A stretch of 64,000 bases of DNA. It comes from Thermoproteota archaeon. Its GTDB lineage: Archaea; Thermoproteota; Methanomethylicia; Methanomethylicales; Methanomethylicaceae. Shown in pieces: positions 19,642 through 28,748 of the stretch. The position numbers were made by a program, and so were the translations under genes. The stretch covers positions 107,884 through 171,883 of the forward strand of contig VGLU01000002.1 of assembly GCA_016882195.1 (NCBI GenBank). The letters run 5' to 3'. The notes under the pieces were generated by a model, which saw nothing but the letters and a program-made list of their open reading frames with translations, was not told the origin of the DNA and ran no database searches. Every line of letters starts with the position of its first letter. Position 1 is the first letter of the stretch.

Positions 19642-19716
19642 TGGGCCCGGAGGGATTTGAACCCTCGACCACTCGATTATCAGTCGAGTGCTCATACCAA
19701 ACTGAGCTACGAGCCC
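19642..19716 (-). tRNA. tRNA-Ile(GAT)
   Basis: GGGCTCG acceptor; anticodon arm CTCGA-CTGATAA-TCGAG; GGTTCAAATCC T-arm. Confidence 0.95.
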
Positions 19717-19804
19717 TCACCATCAAGAGATAATCCACTACGGATTTATTCTTTTTGCCCTAAAGAAAGTTTAAATTACTGGGCATAGCCATTCCATCTG
19801 ACGA

Positions 19805-19879
19805 GGGCCGGTAGATCAGTCGCAGATCGCCCGCCTCGCACGCGGGAGGCCGTGGGTTCAAGTCCCGCCCGGTCCACCA
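19805..19879 (+). tRNA. tRNA-Ala(CGC), CCA encoded
   Basis: GGGCCGG/CCGGTCC acceptor with G3-U70; CCCGC-CTCGCAC-GCGGG anticodon arm; GGTTCAAGTCC; ends ACCA. Confidence 0.95.
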
Positions 19880-20006
19880 TCCCCTTTCTTGTATCCCTAA
19901 GCCCCCAAAGTCGAGTATTATTGTTAAAATATCCAAGAAGACATAACAAAAGTATGTAACAATATTTCATAAAGCTCTAATTATATAGTCAATCTAGCAG
20001 GGGGCG

Positions 20007-20642
20007 GTGATACAAATGGAAATAAACGCATCGGAAAAATTCAAGAGGGAGTTGAGGAGCTTCACCGCCCTCTCCGTGATAAGTCTGGTGTTCGGCGCGA
20101 TAGCGATAGCACTTTCAGTCTTCTTCACGGTCATGAACATCACACCGCTGGTGCAGCTGAAGCCCGGCTTCTACACGAACGCGATATCTGTATTTCTCGG
20201 GTTTGTAGCCGCTGCCTTCTCCATAAAGTGGCTCCTGTCCAGCACCGAGATCTTCAGCGGTCTGGACGACATAAGAGACGAGAGCAAGAAGCTCGGTCCC
20301 AGTCCTGACAGCGAGAAGCTCACGGGCTTGATAGTGCGGCTGATGTCCATGTACCGCCAGGAGAGGCCGACCATCAATAGGATGATCTTGCTGAGCAAGC
20401 TTGCCGGCGCCTGCTTCATAGCGAACGGTGTGGTCTTGGCAATTTCCTTGGTCGTAGGTCTCTATACGGGTGGCGCGGACATGTTACAGTCGGTCGCCGG
20501 GATCTTGATAAGCCTGGCCGTAGGGGCGGTGGGCCTCTACCTCCCCTCCTCTTTTCAGAGATACGCCGCCGCCTGGGATGCCCGATTGCAAGGCAGCGAC
20601 AGCGCCGAGAAGGAACTATCAACGTTAGTGGGAGTGGGTTGA
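20007..20642 (+). CDS. Hypothetical membrane protein (about 4 TM)
   Basis: Two hydrophobic hairpins; 1 bp gap to the wHTH gene. Confidence 0.7.
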   Translation: MIQMEINASEKFKRELRSFTALSVISLVFGAIAIALSVFFTVMNITPLVQLKPGFYTNAISVFLGFVAAAFSIKWLLSSTEIFSGLDDIRDESKKLGPSPDSEKLTGLIVRLMSMYRQERPTINRMILLSKLAGACFIANGVVLAISLVVGLYTGGADMLQSVAGILISLAVGAVGLYLPSSFQRYAAAWDARLQGSDSAEKELSTLVGVG

Positions 20643-20643
20643 G

Positions 20644-20919
20644 GTGGAGGGCAACAGAACTCAGTACGAGATCTACTGGGAGATACTCTCCTTCTGCAAG
20701 ACGCCTAGGTCCATAACCCAGATAATCCAGCGTTGCGACCTCAACTCCAAGACGGTTCAAAAGTACATCGGCTTCTTGGAGTCCAAGGGCTACCTCTTAA
20801 AGACCGCCGAGGAAGACCGGACCCTATATGCAACGATGCCCGCCGCCAGGGAGTTCCTAAATTTATTCATGAGGGTTTATTTGGAACTATATAACAACAG
20901 CCCGGAGTTTAAGCTATAA
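20644..20919 (+). CDS. Archaeal winged helix-turn-helix regulator (HTH_45-like)
   Basis: RTQYEIYWEIL, ITQIIQRCDLNSKTVQKYIGFLESKGYL. Confidence 0.8.
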   Translation: MEGNRTQYEIYWEILSFCKTPRSITQIIQRCDLNSKTVQKYIGFLESKGYLLKTAEEDRTLYATMPAAREFLNLFMRVYLELYNNSPEFKL

Positions 20920-20962
20920 TCGAGTGACTAATTTCTCTCCTAACAGTAAGGAAAACGTAGGC

Positions 20963-21075
20963 CTTCAATGGTTGACGTCCCTTCAGGTGAACTTCAATTA
21001 GACTTTTATAAGGTGAGGAGACCTACGAGCCTAATCGAGGCGATGCACCTTAATCGAAGGGCCGTTCCATTGAAG
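20963..21075. ncRNA. Candidate long imperfect stem-loop element (structured RNA or MITE-like)
   Basis: Nested complementary segments CTTCAATGG/CCATTGAAG, CCCTTC/GAAGGG, AGGTG/CACCT, ATTAG/CTAAT, AGGT/ACCT around loop GAGGAG. Confidence 0.4.
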
Positions 21076-21207
21076 AATTAACCAAGATAATACGAGCAAT
21101 ATATTAACCTTTCTGCGAGTATCTGACAGAAGGCTTTTACTTATTCTCTGAAGCGCAACGATTAATAGTTAATAGGCATGAATGAAGACTATACTGGGGG
21201 GCAAAAT

Positions 21208-21810
21208 ATGAAGATTGGGCAAGAATTCCATCCAGATCCGAGGATGAAGCCGCTCTTCTTTACGTACCTCTCGCTCATCGTCATCCCTCTCTTCGTGTTT
21301 GGTTTGGCGCTCACGGCGTACCTCTACCTCATAGGAGAACATCTGGCTGCGTCGGTGCTGGCGTTAGTCTACATCTTGCCGCTCGTGGTGATGATGCTCT
21401 TCGTCGGCTACTGGATCCCGAAGTACTACTCCTCAATCAAGTACGTCTTTGGCGAGAACGAGGTAAGGGTCGAGAGGGGGGTCTGGTGGAAGATGCGTCA
21501 CGCCATCCCCTACTCTAGGGTGATGAGCGTGGACACGATCCAGGGTCCGATATCGCGGCGTCTGGGCATCGGCACGGTGGACATATACACCGCGGGCTAC
21601 ACGGGGCAGGCTGGCGGGGGCGGCAGACCAGGGATGAGGAGGTCGGAGGCGACCATAATGCACGTCCCCAACTTCTTGGCGCTGAGAGAGGAGATACTGG
21701 GCGTCGTCAGGGGAAGACCACTCTTCGCCGCGCCGGGCTCGGGCTCAGACAGCATAGGTCAGCAGATGCTTGAAGAACTCAGGGAGATCCGAAAGCTGCT
21801 GAAGTCATAA
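21208..21810 (+). CDS. Membrane-flanked bacterial PH (bPH_2/YdbS-like) domain protein
   Basis: Two TMs, then RGVWW...IPYSRV...QGPISRRLGIGTVDIYTAG; alternative start at 21178. Confidence 0.82.
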   Translation: MKIGQEFHPDPRMKPLFFTYLSLIVIPLFVFGLALTAYLYLIGEHLAASVLALVYILPLVVMMLFVGYWIPKYYSSIKYVFGENEVRVERGVWWKMRHAIPYSRVMSVDTIQGPISRRLGIGTVDIYTAGYTGQAGGGGRPGMRRSEATIMHVPNFLALREEILGVVRGRPLFAAPGSGSDSIGQQMLEELREIRKLLKS

Positions 21811-21884
21811 AACCTCTCTTTTTCCCTTGCGCCACTCAAAATCTTAAATATCAACATGCATCTTGTTTAACAGAGCGTGGTTCT

Positions 21885-22718
21885 ATGGTCGTCGATGAGG
21901 GCGCTTCCCGTAAAGAGCAGAGGTGTAGGAGGGATCTAAAGTCCGCAAAGCTGGTCGTCGTCAAGATCGGGGGCTCATCACTCTCCAACGCATCCGGCGC
22001 TCTAGACCTCGGAAAGATAGGGCTACTGTGCGATGAACTGGCAAACCTGAAGAGGCGTGGAATTGATGTCGTGCTCGTCTCTTCCGGTGCCATAAGGGGG
22101 GGCAGGGCCATTATGCGCGACCGCATCAAGAACGGCGAGATCCCCGGTCTCCAGGCGCTCGCTGCGATAGGGCAGGTGGTGCTCATGGAGGCGTACCGAG
22201 ACACCATGGCAGGTAAGGGTTACAACGTCGCTCAGATACTGCTGACGTGGGACGACTTCAGGAACAAGAGGCGTCTCAGGAACCTGCTCAACACGTTCAA
22301 CATCCTGCTCTCGCTGGGCGTCATCCCAGTCATAAACGAGAACGATACCATAGCCGTTGACGAGATAAAGTTTGGGGACAACGACACCCTCTCCGCCCTC
22401 GTAGCCAAGTACATGCAGGCAGACCTCCTCATCCTGCTCTCCGACGTGAACGGCCTGTATACGGGAGATCCGAAGAGCACCAGCTCAAGGCTGATATCCT
22501 GCGTGGAGACGATAACGCCAGAGATCGAGAGGCTAACCTCTGGAGGTCATGGTGGGTTTGGGGGTATGAGGGCCAAGCTGAAGGCTGCCAAGCTCGCGAC
22601 GGACGCCAGCATCCCGATGGTTGTCGCAAATGGCGCAGGTGAGAATGTACTTGAGCGAATAATCGCTGGTGAAAGGGTCGGCACCATATTCATCCCGAGG
22701 GATCCCCATGAGCAGTAA
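21885..22718 (+). CDS. proB: Glutamate 5-kinase (no PUA domain)
   Basis: VVKIGGSSL, VSSGAI, QALAAIGQ, PVINENDT, FGDNDTLSA, GGMRAKL. Confidence 0.95.
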   Translation: MVVDEGASRKEQRCRRDLKSAKLVVVKIGGSSLSNASGALDLGKIGLLCDELANLKRRGIDVVLVSSGAIRGGRAIMRDRIKNGEIPGLQALAAIGQVVLMEAYRDTMAGKGYNVAQILLTWDDFRNKRRLRNLLNTFNILLSLGVIPVINENDTIAVDEIKFGDNDTLSALVAKYMQADLLILLSDVNGLYTGDPKSTSSRLISCVETITPEIERLTSGGHGGFGGMRAKLKAAKLATDASIPMVVANGAGENVLERIIAGERVGTIFIPRDPHEQ

Positions 22719-24054
22719 AGAGTTGGCGGAAAAGGTATCCGAAGCAAGAAGGGCCAGCCTCCAGCTCGCGCAGCTCCCCCGTGAGGTGAAGGACAGGGCT
22801 CTGAGATCCGCAGCCAAGGCTATCTTGGGACATCAAGAGGAAATACTCGATGCCAACAAAAAGGATATGGCGGCTGGGAAAACTCTTCTTGAGGAGGGGA
22901 AGCTCTCCAAACCCCTTCTGGACCGCCTGAAGCTCGACAAGACGAAGCTTCTTGAGATATCAAAGATGGTCGACGGCGTCGCTGATCTCGACGATCCAGC
23001 GGGGAGGACGCTCTACGCGATGAAGCTGGATGCGGGGCTGGAACTATTCAAGGTAACCGTACCCTTCGGCGTGATCGTCTCGATCTTCGAGAGCAGGCCA
23101 GACGCTCTCCCACAGATAGCCTCCTTATGCATCAAATCCGGAAACTCCGTCCTGCTCAAGGGTGGCTCTGAGGCGCAGGAATCCAACAGGGCGATCTACC
23201 AGGTCATGAGCGAGGCGTTCGTTGCCGATGGCCTGCCCATTGGTTGCATGCATCTGGTGGAGGGTCGGTCCGCAGTCAGCGAGCTACTGAAGATGGAGGG
23301 GCTAGTCGATCTCATAATACCGCGAGGAAGCAACGAGTTCGTCAGGTACATACAGGAGAACACGGAGATCCCAGTGCTGGGCCACTCCTCCGGCATGTGC
23401 CACATATACGTCGACAGAGCTGCCGACCCAAAGAAGGCGGTGGAGATGTGCCATGACGCCAGGGTCCAGTACCCTGCCGCCTGCAACTCCATGAAGATCC
23501 TGCTCATCGACGAGAGAGTTGCCCCAGAACTACTACCACAGATCACCAAGAGGCTCGTGGATAGCGGGGTCAGAATAAAGGGTTGCGACAAGACCATGAA
23601 GATCCTGAGGTCACACGGCATCCCCGCGGAGAGGGCAGGAGAGAAGGACTGGTCCACCGAGTACCTAGAACTGGTGCTTCCGGTAAAGGTCGTCGGCGGC
23701 GTGGACGAGGCCATCGAGCACATAAACTGCCACAGTTCCAAGCATACCGACTCCATCATCTCCGAGGACAGGGCATCGGTCAAGAGGTTCCTGAACATGG
23801 TGGACTCCTCCACCGTCATCCACAACGCCTCAACCCGTTTCAGCGACGGATATCGGTACGGGTTGGGTGCTGAGGTTGGTATAAGCACAAATAAGGTGCA
23901 TGCCAGGGGCCCCGTGGGGCTGGAGGGTCTCGTCACTACAAAGTACGTACTGCTGGGCTCAGGCCAGAAGGTGTCGGACTACGTCGGAAAGGGTTCCAAG
24001 CCCTTTCTCCATAAAAAGGCGACTGGGGACTGGAAAGGGAGGTTAGGCACGTGA
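22708..24054 (+). CDS. proA: Gamma-glutamyl phosphate reductase
   Basis: IFESRP, LLKGGSEA, IIPRGS, YPAACN, NASTRFSDG, EVGISTNKVHARGPVGL; start trimmed to MSSKEL. Confidence 0.96.
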   Translation: MSSKELAEKVSEARRASLQLAQLPREVKDRALRSAAKAILGHQEEILDANKKDMAAGKTLLEEGKLSKPLLDRLKLDKTKLLEISKMVDGVADLDDPAGRTLYAMKLDAGLELFKVTVPFGVIVSIFESRPDALPQIASLCIKSGNSVLLKGGSEAQESNRAIYQVMSEAFVADGLPIGCMHLVEGRSAVSELLKMEGLVDLIIPRGSNEFVRYIQENTEIPVLGHSSGMCHIYVDRAADPKKAVEMCHDARVQYPAACNSMKILLIDERVAPELLPQITKRLVDSGVRIKGCDKTMKILRSHGIPAERAGEKDWSTEYLELVLPVKVVGGVDEAIEHINCHSSKHTDSIISEDRASVKRFLNMVDSSTVIHNASTRFSDGYRYGLGAEVGISTNKVHARGPVGLEGLVTTKYVLLGSGQKVSDYVGKGSKPFLHKKATGDWKGRLGT

Positions 24055-24863
24055 AGAAGATAAGTTTTGGTGTTGTGGGTTATGGCAAGATGGGCTCCTC
24101 CCTTGTTAAGGGGGCCTTGAACTCTGGCTTATTGTCCGTAAAAAGCACGAAGGTCTATGACCTAGACGGCGCAAGGATCAAACTCGCGAAGAGAGATGGT
24201 CTTCTTACAGTCGACAGCTTGGCTGGGATAGCAGGCTCAGACATCATTTTACTGGCCGTGAAACCCAAGGATATGCCAAAGTTGCTGGACGAACTCAAGG
24301 CGTTGGTCCCGGCAGGAAAGGCGCTCTTCATCTCCATCGCCGCAGGGATAAAAATTGCCACGATGGAGTCCAGGCTCGGCGAGGGCTCGAGGATCGTGCG
24401 AATGATGCTAAACATCGCCGCATCGGTAAATGAGGCCGCCTCGGTCTTTGTGCTAAACCGCTGGGCCCGAGCATCTGACATCAAGTTCACAACATCGCTC
24501 CTGGAAGGCATCGGAGTAGCCCACAGGCTTGACAACGAATCGCTGATAGACGCTGTGACCGGCATCAGCGGTAGCGGGCCCGCCTACTTCCTCCTTATGA
24601 TGAAGGCCCTCGAAGATGCCGGCAAGAGGTCCGGCCTTTCCGACGATCTGATCCGATCGCTGGTCTCGCAAACCTGTAGGGGTGCGGGGACCCTTGCCCT
24701 CCGTTCAAGCGATTCACTTGACCAACTCATCAAGACTGTCGCCTCTCCCGGCGGAACCACTGAGGAGGCCCTAAAGGTCATGGAGTCCAAGGGCTTCTCT
24801 CAGACTGTAATAGATGCGGTCGTCGCCGCAACAGAGAAATCTAAAAAAATGAACTACTCCTGA
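24051..24863 (+). CDS. proC: Pyrroline-5-carboxylate reductase
   Basis: GYGKMG, LAVKPKD, ISIAAG, TGISGSGPAY, VASPGGTT. Confidence 0.95.
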   Translation: MKKISFGVVGYGKMGSSLVKGALNSGLLSVKSTKVYDLDGARIKLAKRDGLLTVDSLAGIAGSDIILLAVKPKDMPKLLDELKALVPAGKALFISIAAGIKIATMESRLGEGSRIVRMMLNIAASVNEAASVFVLNRWARASDIKFTTSLLEGIGVAHRLDNESLIDAVTGISGSGPAYFLLMMKALEDAGKRSGLSDDLIRSLVSQTCRGAGTLALRSSDSLDQLIKTVASPGGTTEEALKVMESKGFSQTVIDAVVAATEKSKKMNYS

Positions 24864-26104
24864 GACGCGTACCTCAGTATCGCGACGATCCCGCCGAATG
24901 ATCCGAGGAGCATCTTGCCCTCATCCGTCTCGGTTGATACTACCTCAACCCTGGCGTTTGTGTTCTCCGCCATAGTCGCAAGCTCGTCCACTATGCTCTT
25001 GATCTCCAACTCCTCCATCATCCCGCCACACTTGTCGCAGCTCTCCCTTCCTCCCTTTGCCAGTAGCGCCTCCTTTTTCAGCGTTTCCTGCCTCAAGTTG
25101 CCGCAGACTTGGCACCTGTAACCGACCCTATATGTTTCGATGCCTCCCGAGAGGAGTAGCATCCTGACGATCCCCTTCTCAAGCTTCTCCCTTACCTCCT
25201 TCTCGCCATATGTCACCTGATTGGGGCTCTTGGCCAAGAGAAGCAAAAAGCTTTGAACGAACTTCTTCTCCTTCACGTACTCAACGTTCTTCAGCGCCTC
25301 CTTCGACTTCTCAAGAAGCTCGTATACTCCTGGCTCCTCCGTGTACCCGAGGTCCTCCACGCTCAAGACCTTCTTCTGGAGCTGGTAGTGCAGGTACTGC
25401 CCTCCGTAGAAGTCGCTCTTGGTAGGGCCGGGTCCACCGATGATTATTCCCTTCAGGTTCTCTATGGGCAGGAAGATCTTCTCGGCATGGGCCGCCACCC
25501 TCTTGTTGAACTCGGCGGCCGCGATCTCGATCAGCCTCTGGAACCTCCTTGCCGACTGTCCTCCTGCGTCGTGCTTGCTCGGGACACCCGACGTTATCGT
25601 CTCCGCAACCTCCACCCTGCGCCCCCTCAGCAGCGCAAAGGTCGCGTCGCTCCTGTCCATAACTATCAGACCGTAGATGTCCTTCTCGGCGAGGATGTCC
25701 TTTATTGGATCTAGGTAGAACTTGGAGTCGCACCTGTAGTAGTATATGCTGATGGGCTCCGGCGGCTCGATGACGTACGTCTCCATCTTCTCCGTCCCGG
25801 GTCCGCCCCGCGGTATCGCGCCGCTGAATATAACGAGCCCATTCTCTGGCGGCATCCGGAAGAGCTTGAGCCTCTGGAGAATGCTCTCTATGGCGTCTTG
25901 GACGTTCTTCCGTGTTGACTTTGACTTTATGTTGGCCGCTGTGCCGTACTCCTCCCTGAGGTTGTTAGCGGCGTCGGAGATCTGCCTGCCCGGAGGGACG
26001 TAGAGCGATACGAGTTCTGTTGCCCTCCCCTCCTTAGACTCGAGCTCCTCCACCAGCCTCCTGAGCCTGTACAGCTCGAGCGAACTCCTCTTTGTCTCCG
26101 ACAA
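24854..26104 (-). CDS. prf1: Peptide chain release factor aRF1
   Basis: TELVSLYVPP, TAANIKS, YYRCD, GGQSARRF, FGGIVAILRY. Confidence 0.97.
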   Translation of the reverse strand: MSETKRSSLELYRLRRLVEELESKEGRATELVSLYVPPGRQISDAANNLREEYGTAANIKSKSTRKNVQDAIESILQRLKLFRMPPENGLVIFSGAIPRGGPGTEKMETYVIEPPEPISIYYYRCDSKFYLDPIKDILAEKDIYGLIVMDRSDATFALLRGRRVEVAETITSGVPSKHDAGGQSARRFQRLIEIAAAEFNKRVAAHAEKIFLPIENLKGIIIGGPGPTKSDFYGGQYLHYQLQKKVLSVEDLGYTEEPGVYELLEKSKEALKNVEYVKEKKFVQSFLLLLAKSPNQVTYGEKEVREKLEKGIVRMLLLSGGIETYRVGYRCQVCGNLRQETLKKEALLAKGGRESCDKCGGMMEELEIKSIVDELATMAENTNARVEVVSTETDEGKMLLGSFGGIVAILRYASQE

Positions 26105-26172
26105 TTGCAGCGACCTCGGCGTTATCGAGAAACATTCAACCTTTATATAACTTGCACTATTAAGTTTCTGCG

Positions 26173-26862
26173 GTGGATGCCATGAAAGTCACCATTAAGC
26201 TGAGCGGGCACATCCTCTTTCCTACTTTGGGGGCGACGCCCGACCTCAAGGGATACGTCGCTGCCATAAAAAAAGTCAAGGCCCTCGGGCACAGCCCCTT
26301 CGTTGTGGTCGGTGGGGGCGAGCCAGCCCGTTACTACATCCGTCTGGCAAGGCAGCAGGGGGCTGACGAGTCGACCTGCGACCAGATCGGGATAACCATA
26401 GCGATCCTCAACGCCAGGATCCTCGTAAGTGCCATGGGTGAGGACGCCTGCCAGTTCGTACCCAAAAACTTCGATGAGCTGGACAGAGCCCTCTCGACCG
26501 GAAAGGTTGTGGTGATGGGCGGACTACAGCCTGGTCAATCCACAAACGCGGTCTCCTGCATCCTCGCCGAGCGCTCCAGGTCAAAACTCTTCATCAATAC
26601 CACCACGGTGGACGGGGTGTATAGCAAAGACCCCAAGAAGGACCCCTCGGCAAAGAGGTACGAGAAGATAAGTGTAGCAGAGCTGACAAAGCTCCTCGAC
26701 AGGCTGGGAGCAAGGGCCGGTGAGTACGATCTCCTGGATCCGGTTGCCCTAAAGATCATCCAGCGCTCCAAGATAACGACCAAGGTGATAGATGGCAGGG
26801 AGCCGAAGAATATTTTAAGGGCAATCAAGGGTGAAAGGGTAGGCACAACGATTGTGCCATAA
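26173..26862 (+). CDS. pyrH: UMP kinase
   Basis: IKLSG, VVGGG, DQIGI, MGGLQPGQSTNAV, VDGVYSKDP, LLDPVA. Confidence 0.93.
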   Translation: MDAMKVTIKLSGHILFPTLGATPDLKGYVAAIKKVKALGHSPFVVVGGGEPARYYIRLARQQGADESTCDQIGITIAILNARILVSAMGEDACQFVPKNFDELDRALSTGKVVVMGGLQPGQSTNAVSCILAERSRSKLFINTTTVDGVYSKDPKKDPSAKRYEKISVAELTKLLDRLGARAGEYDLLDPVALKIIQRSKITTKVIDGREPKNILRAIKGERVGTTIVP

Positions 26863-27113
26863 TGGTGTCAGTCATGTCAAAGAGAAGAGACGAAGACAAA
26901 TGGGGACCGCACTCCCACTGTCTGATCTGTGGTGAGGCCATACCCGAGGGCGAGAAGACCTGCTCTGAGGAATGTGCAAAGAAGTATGAAGGCGAGGCGA
27001 AGCGCTACAAACGGCAGCAGACCATGAACTTCATGTTCATCGCTGCCATGGGCGGGCTGGTGGTCATATTCTTCCTGTTTTCCTACCTATTCCCTGGCAT
27101 GTTTGGCCGTTAA
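26862..27113 (+). CDS. DUF2116-like Zn-ribbon membrane protein
   Basis: PHSHCLICGEAIP...CSEEC plus C-terminal TM; follows pyrH. Confidence 0.8.
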   Translation: MVSVMSKRRDEDKWGPHSHCLICGEAIPEGEKTCSEECAKKYEGEAKRYKRQQTMNFMFIAAMGGLVVIFFLFSYLFPGMFGR

Positions 27114-27147
27114 AAGTTAAATACGTCAGCTCCCCCTCTTTATGTGA

Positions 27148-27247
27148 GCGGGGGTTCCCTAGCCAGGTTAAAGGGGAAGGACTCAAGATCTGAAGATGGG
27201 TTATCCTTTGGCGTAGGCCTTCGAGGGTTCAAATCCCTCCCCCCGCA
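27148..27247 (+). tRNA. tRNA-Leu(CAA) with 15-nt intron at position 37/38 (27188-27202)
   Basis: GCGGGGG/CCCCCGC acceptor; AAGGA-CTCAAG[ATCTGAAGATGGGTT]A-TCCTT; BHB helix CTCA/TGGG; long variable arm; GGTTCAAATCC. Confidence 0.93.
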
Positions 27248-27403
27248 CTACATTTTAGACATGGGTTGAGTTTCTATTACAATGTTGCTTTCTCTGCCGG
27301 CAAAGAACAGAATATAAACACAATTATCTCAATAGTGAGGATCGTTTTCAATATTGAGGACAGCACACCTCTTGCTAGGGTGAAGCTGAAGCGGGAATAA
27401 TTC

Positions 27404-27523
27404 TCATTGCCGAAATGAACTTACCGGGGAGACCATCTTCCTTGCCTCATCCAAGCTTACTGACTTATAGCTATACTCTCCAAAGTCTGGCAACACGGGA
27501 GAACGTGTCAGATAAACCTTCAG
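27404..27523 (-). pseudogene. Probable remnant of DUF1874 (AcrIII-1/Crn2/YddF-like ring nuclease) gene
   Basis: Manual translation (CTG start) KVYLTRSPVLPDFGEYSYKSVSLDEARKMVS, then GKFISAM after a frameshift; resembles the family N-terminus up to FxSAIGH; GH motif and C-terminal half absent. Confidence 0.45.
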
Positions 27524-27621
27524 TCAGGGTTCACGCTAAATTATTGTTATCACATTAAAAAGTTATAAAAATTGTTAATTATCTATAACTACACATAGTC
27601 GTATAAAATCGGGGAAGACCT

Positions 27622-28065
27622 TTGTCCTCATTCAGAACAGAAAAGTCTGCCGGTTTTCTAATCTTCAAGAGGGACGGCACGGTGCGTTATCTCTTTCTTA
27701 AGAACAGGGGCAGGTTCGATGTGCCTAAGGGCCTCCAACAGCCGGGCGAGGACGATCTTGCCTCTGGGCTGAGGGAGCTGAAAGAGGAGACCGGCATTAC
27801 CAACGCGGCGATAATCCCTGTCTTCAAAAAGACTTCGCGCTACTTCTACCGATGGGAGAAATCACTCGTGAGGAAGGAGGTCGTTTACTTCCTCGCCGAG
27901 TTCAAGTCAGGGGAGATCAGGGTGTCGGAGGAGCATGACGGCTACACTTGGATGACCAAGGAGGAGGCTCTGGCTAACGTGCGATATCAGAACCTGAAGG
28001 AACTCGTTGAGGAGGCAGATCGAATCCTCCGCCCCAAATCAACAACACAACCCTCAAATTTATAA
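27622..28065 (+). CDS. NUDIX hydrolase (Ap4A hydrolase-like)
   Basis: EKSAG, PKGLQQPGEDDLASGLRELKEETG, SEEHDGYTW. Confidence 0.88.
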   Translation: MSSFRTEKSAGFLIFKRDGTVRYLFLKNRGRFDVPKGLQQPGEDDLASGLRELKEETGITNAAIIPVFKKTSRYFYRWEKSLVRKEVVYFLAEFKSGEIRVSEEHDGYTWMTKEEALANVRYQNLKELVEEADRILRPKSTTQPSNL

Positions 28066-28098
28066 AAGCCCAAGTCTTTCCTCATCTAGGTGCGATGA

Positions 28099-28704
28099 TT
28101 GAAACTGCCAGAACTCTATGGTTTACTGATCTCTTGGATCGTCATCAGCCTCTGCTTCTCCATATCCTACCTCATTAACTACCCCGCCCTCTTCATCCTT
28201 GCATTTCTGTTATCCGCCGCCTCTGCTGGGCTCGGATTTATCCTCCACGAACTGGCCCACAGAGCTATTGCTAGGAGGCATGGCTGTTACGCCCACTACC
28301 AGGTCTGGTGGTGGGGCATCGTCCTGGCCCTAGCAGTAGCGATTCTTACACAGGGGCAGTTCATATTCGCAGCACTGGGGGCAGTTTACATCTCTCCCAT
28401 GGTCACATCCGTGTTGTTTGACGCCGATGCTCTCAAGAAGGTCTTTGGAATAATCTCCCTCGCCGGTCCCTCCATGAACCTCCTGCTGGTTGCGGCGTTC
28501 TACGTCCTATCATATGCCGGCGGTCTGTTCGCGGTTTTGGCGATAATCGGCATCCGGATAAACCTCTGGTTGGCGGCATTCAACCTCATACCCGTCCCAC
28601 CGTTCGATGGGTCAAAGATATTCAACTGGTCAAAGCTCGTGTGGGCCCTCTTTGCCGTTCCTGCGTGGCTTCTGACGTTATTTCCCAACCTGCTCCTTCC
28701 ATAA
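28099..28704 (+). CDS. M50 family (site-2) intramembrane zinc protease
   Basis: HELAH, ISLAGP, FNLIPVPPFDG. Confidence 0.9.
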   Translation: MKLPELYGLLISWIVISLCFSISYLINYPALFILAFLLSAASAGLGFILHELAHRAIARRHGCYAHYQVWWWGIVLALAVAILTQGQFIFAALGAVYISPMVTSVLFDADALKKVFGIISLAGPSMNLLLVAAFYVLSYAGGLFAVLAIIGIRINLWLAAFNLIPVPPFDGSKIFNWSKLVWALFAVPAWLLTLFPNLLLP

Positions 28705-28748
28705 AACCCTTAAATCCACTGGCGGCAGAATCTTATCTGGTGTTGCGA

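Noticed and set aside
19776-19970. Short ORFs overlapping tRNA genes (also 55147-55350)
   Set aside because: They are translations of tRNA sequence.
21885-22718. ProB lacking the PUA domain as a truncation
   Set aside because: PUA-less glutamate 5-kinases are common, and the gene overlaps proA cleanly.
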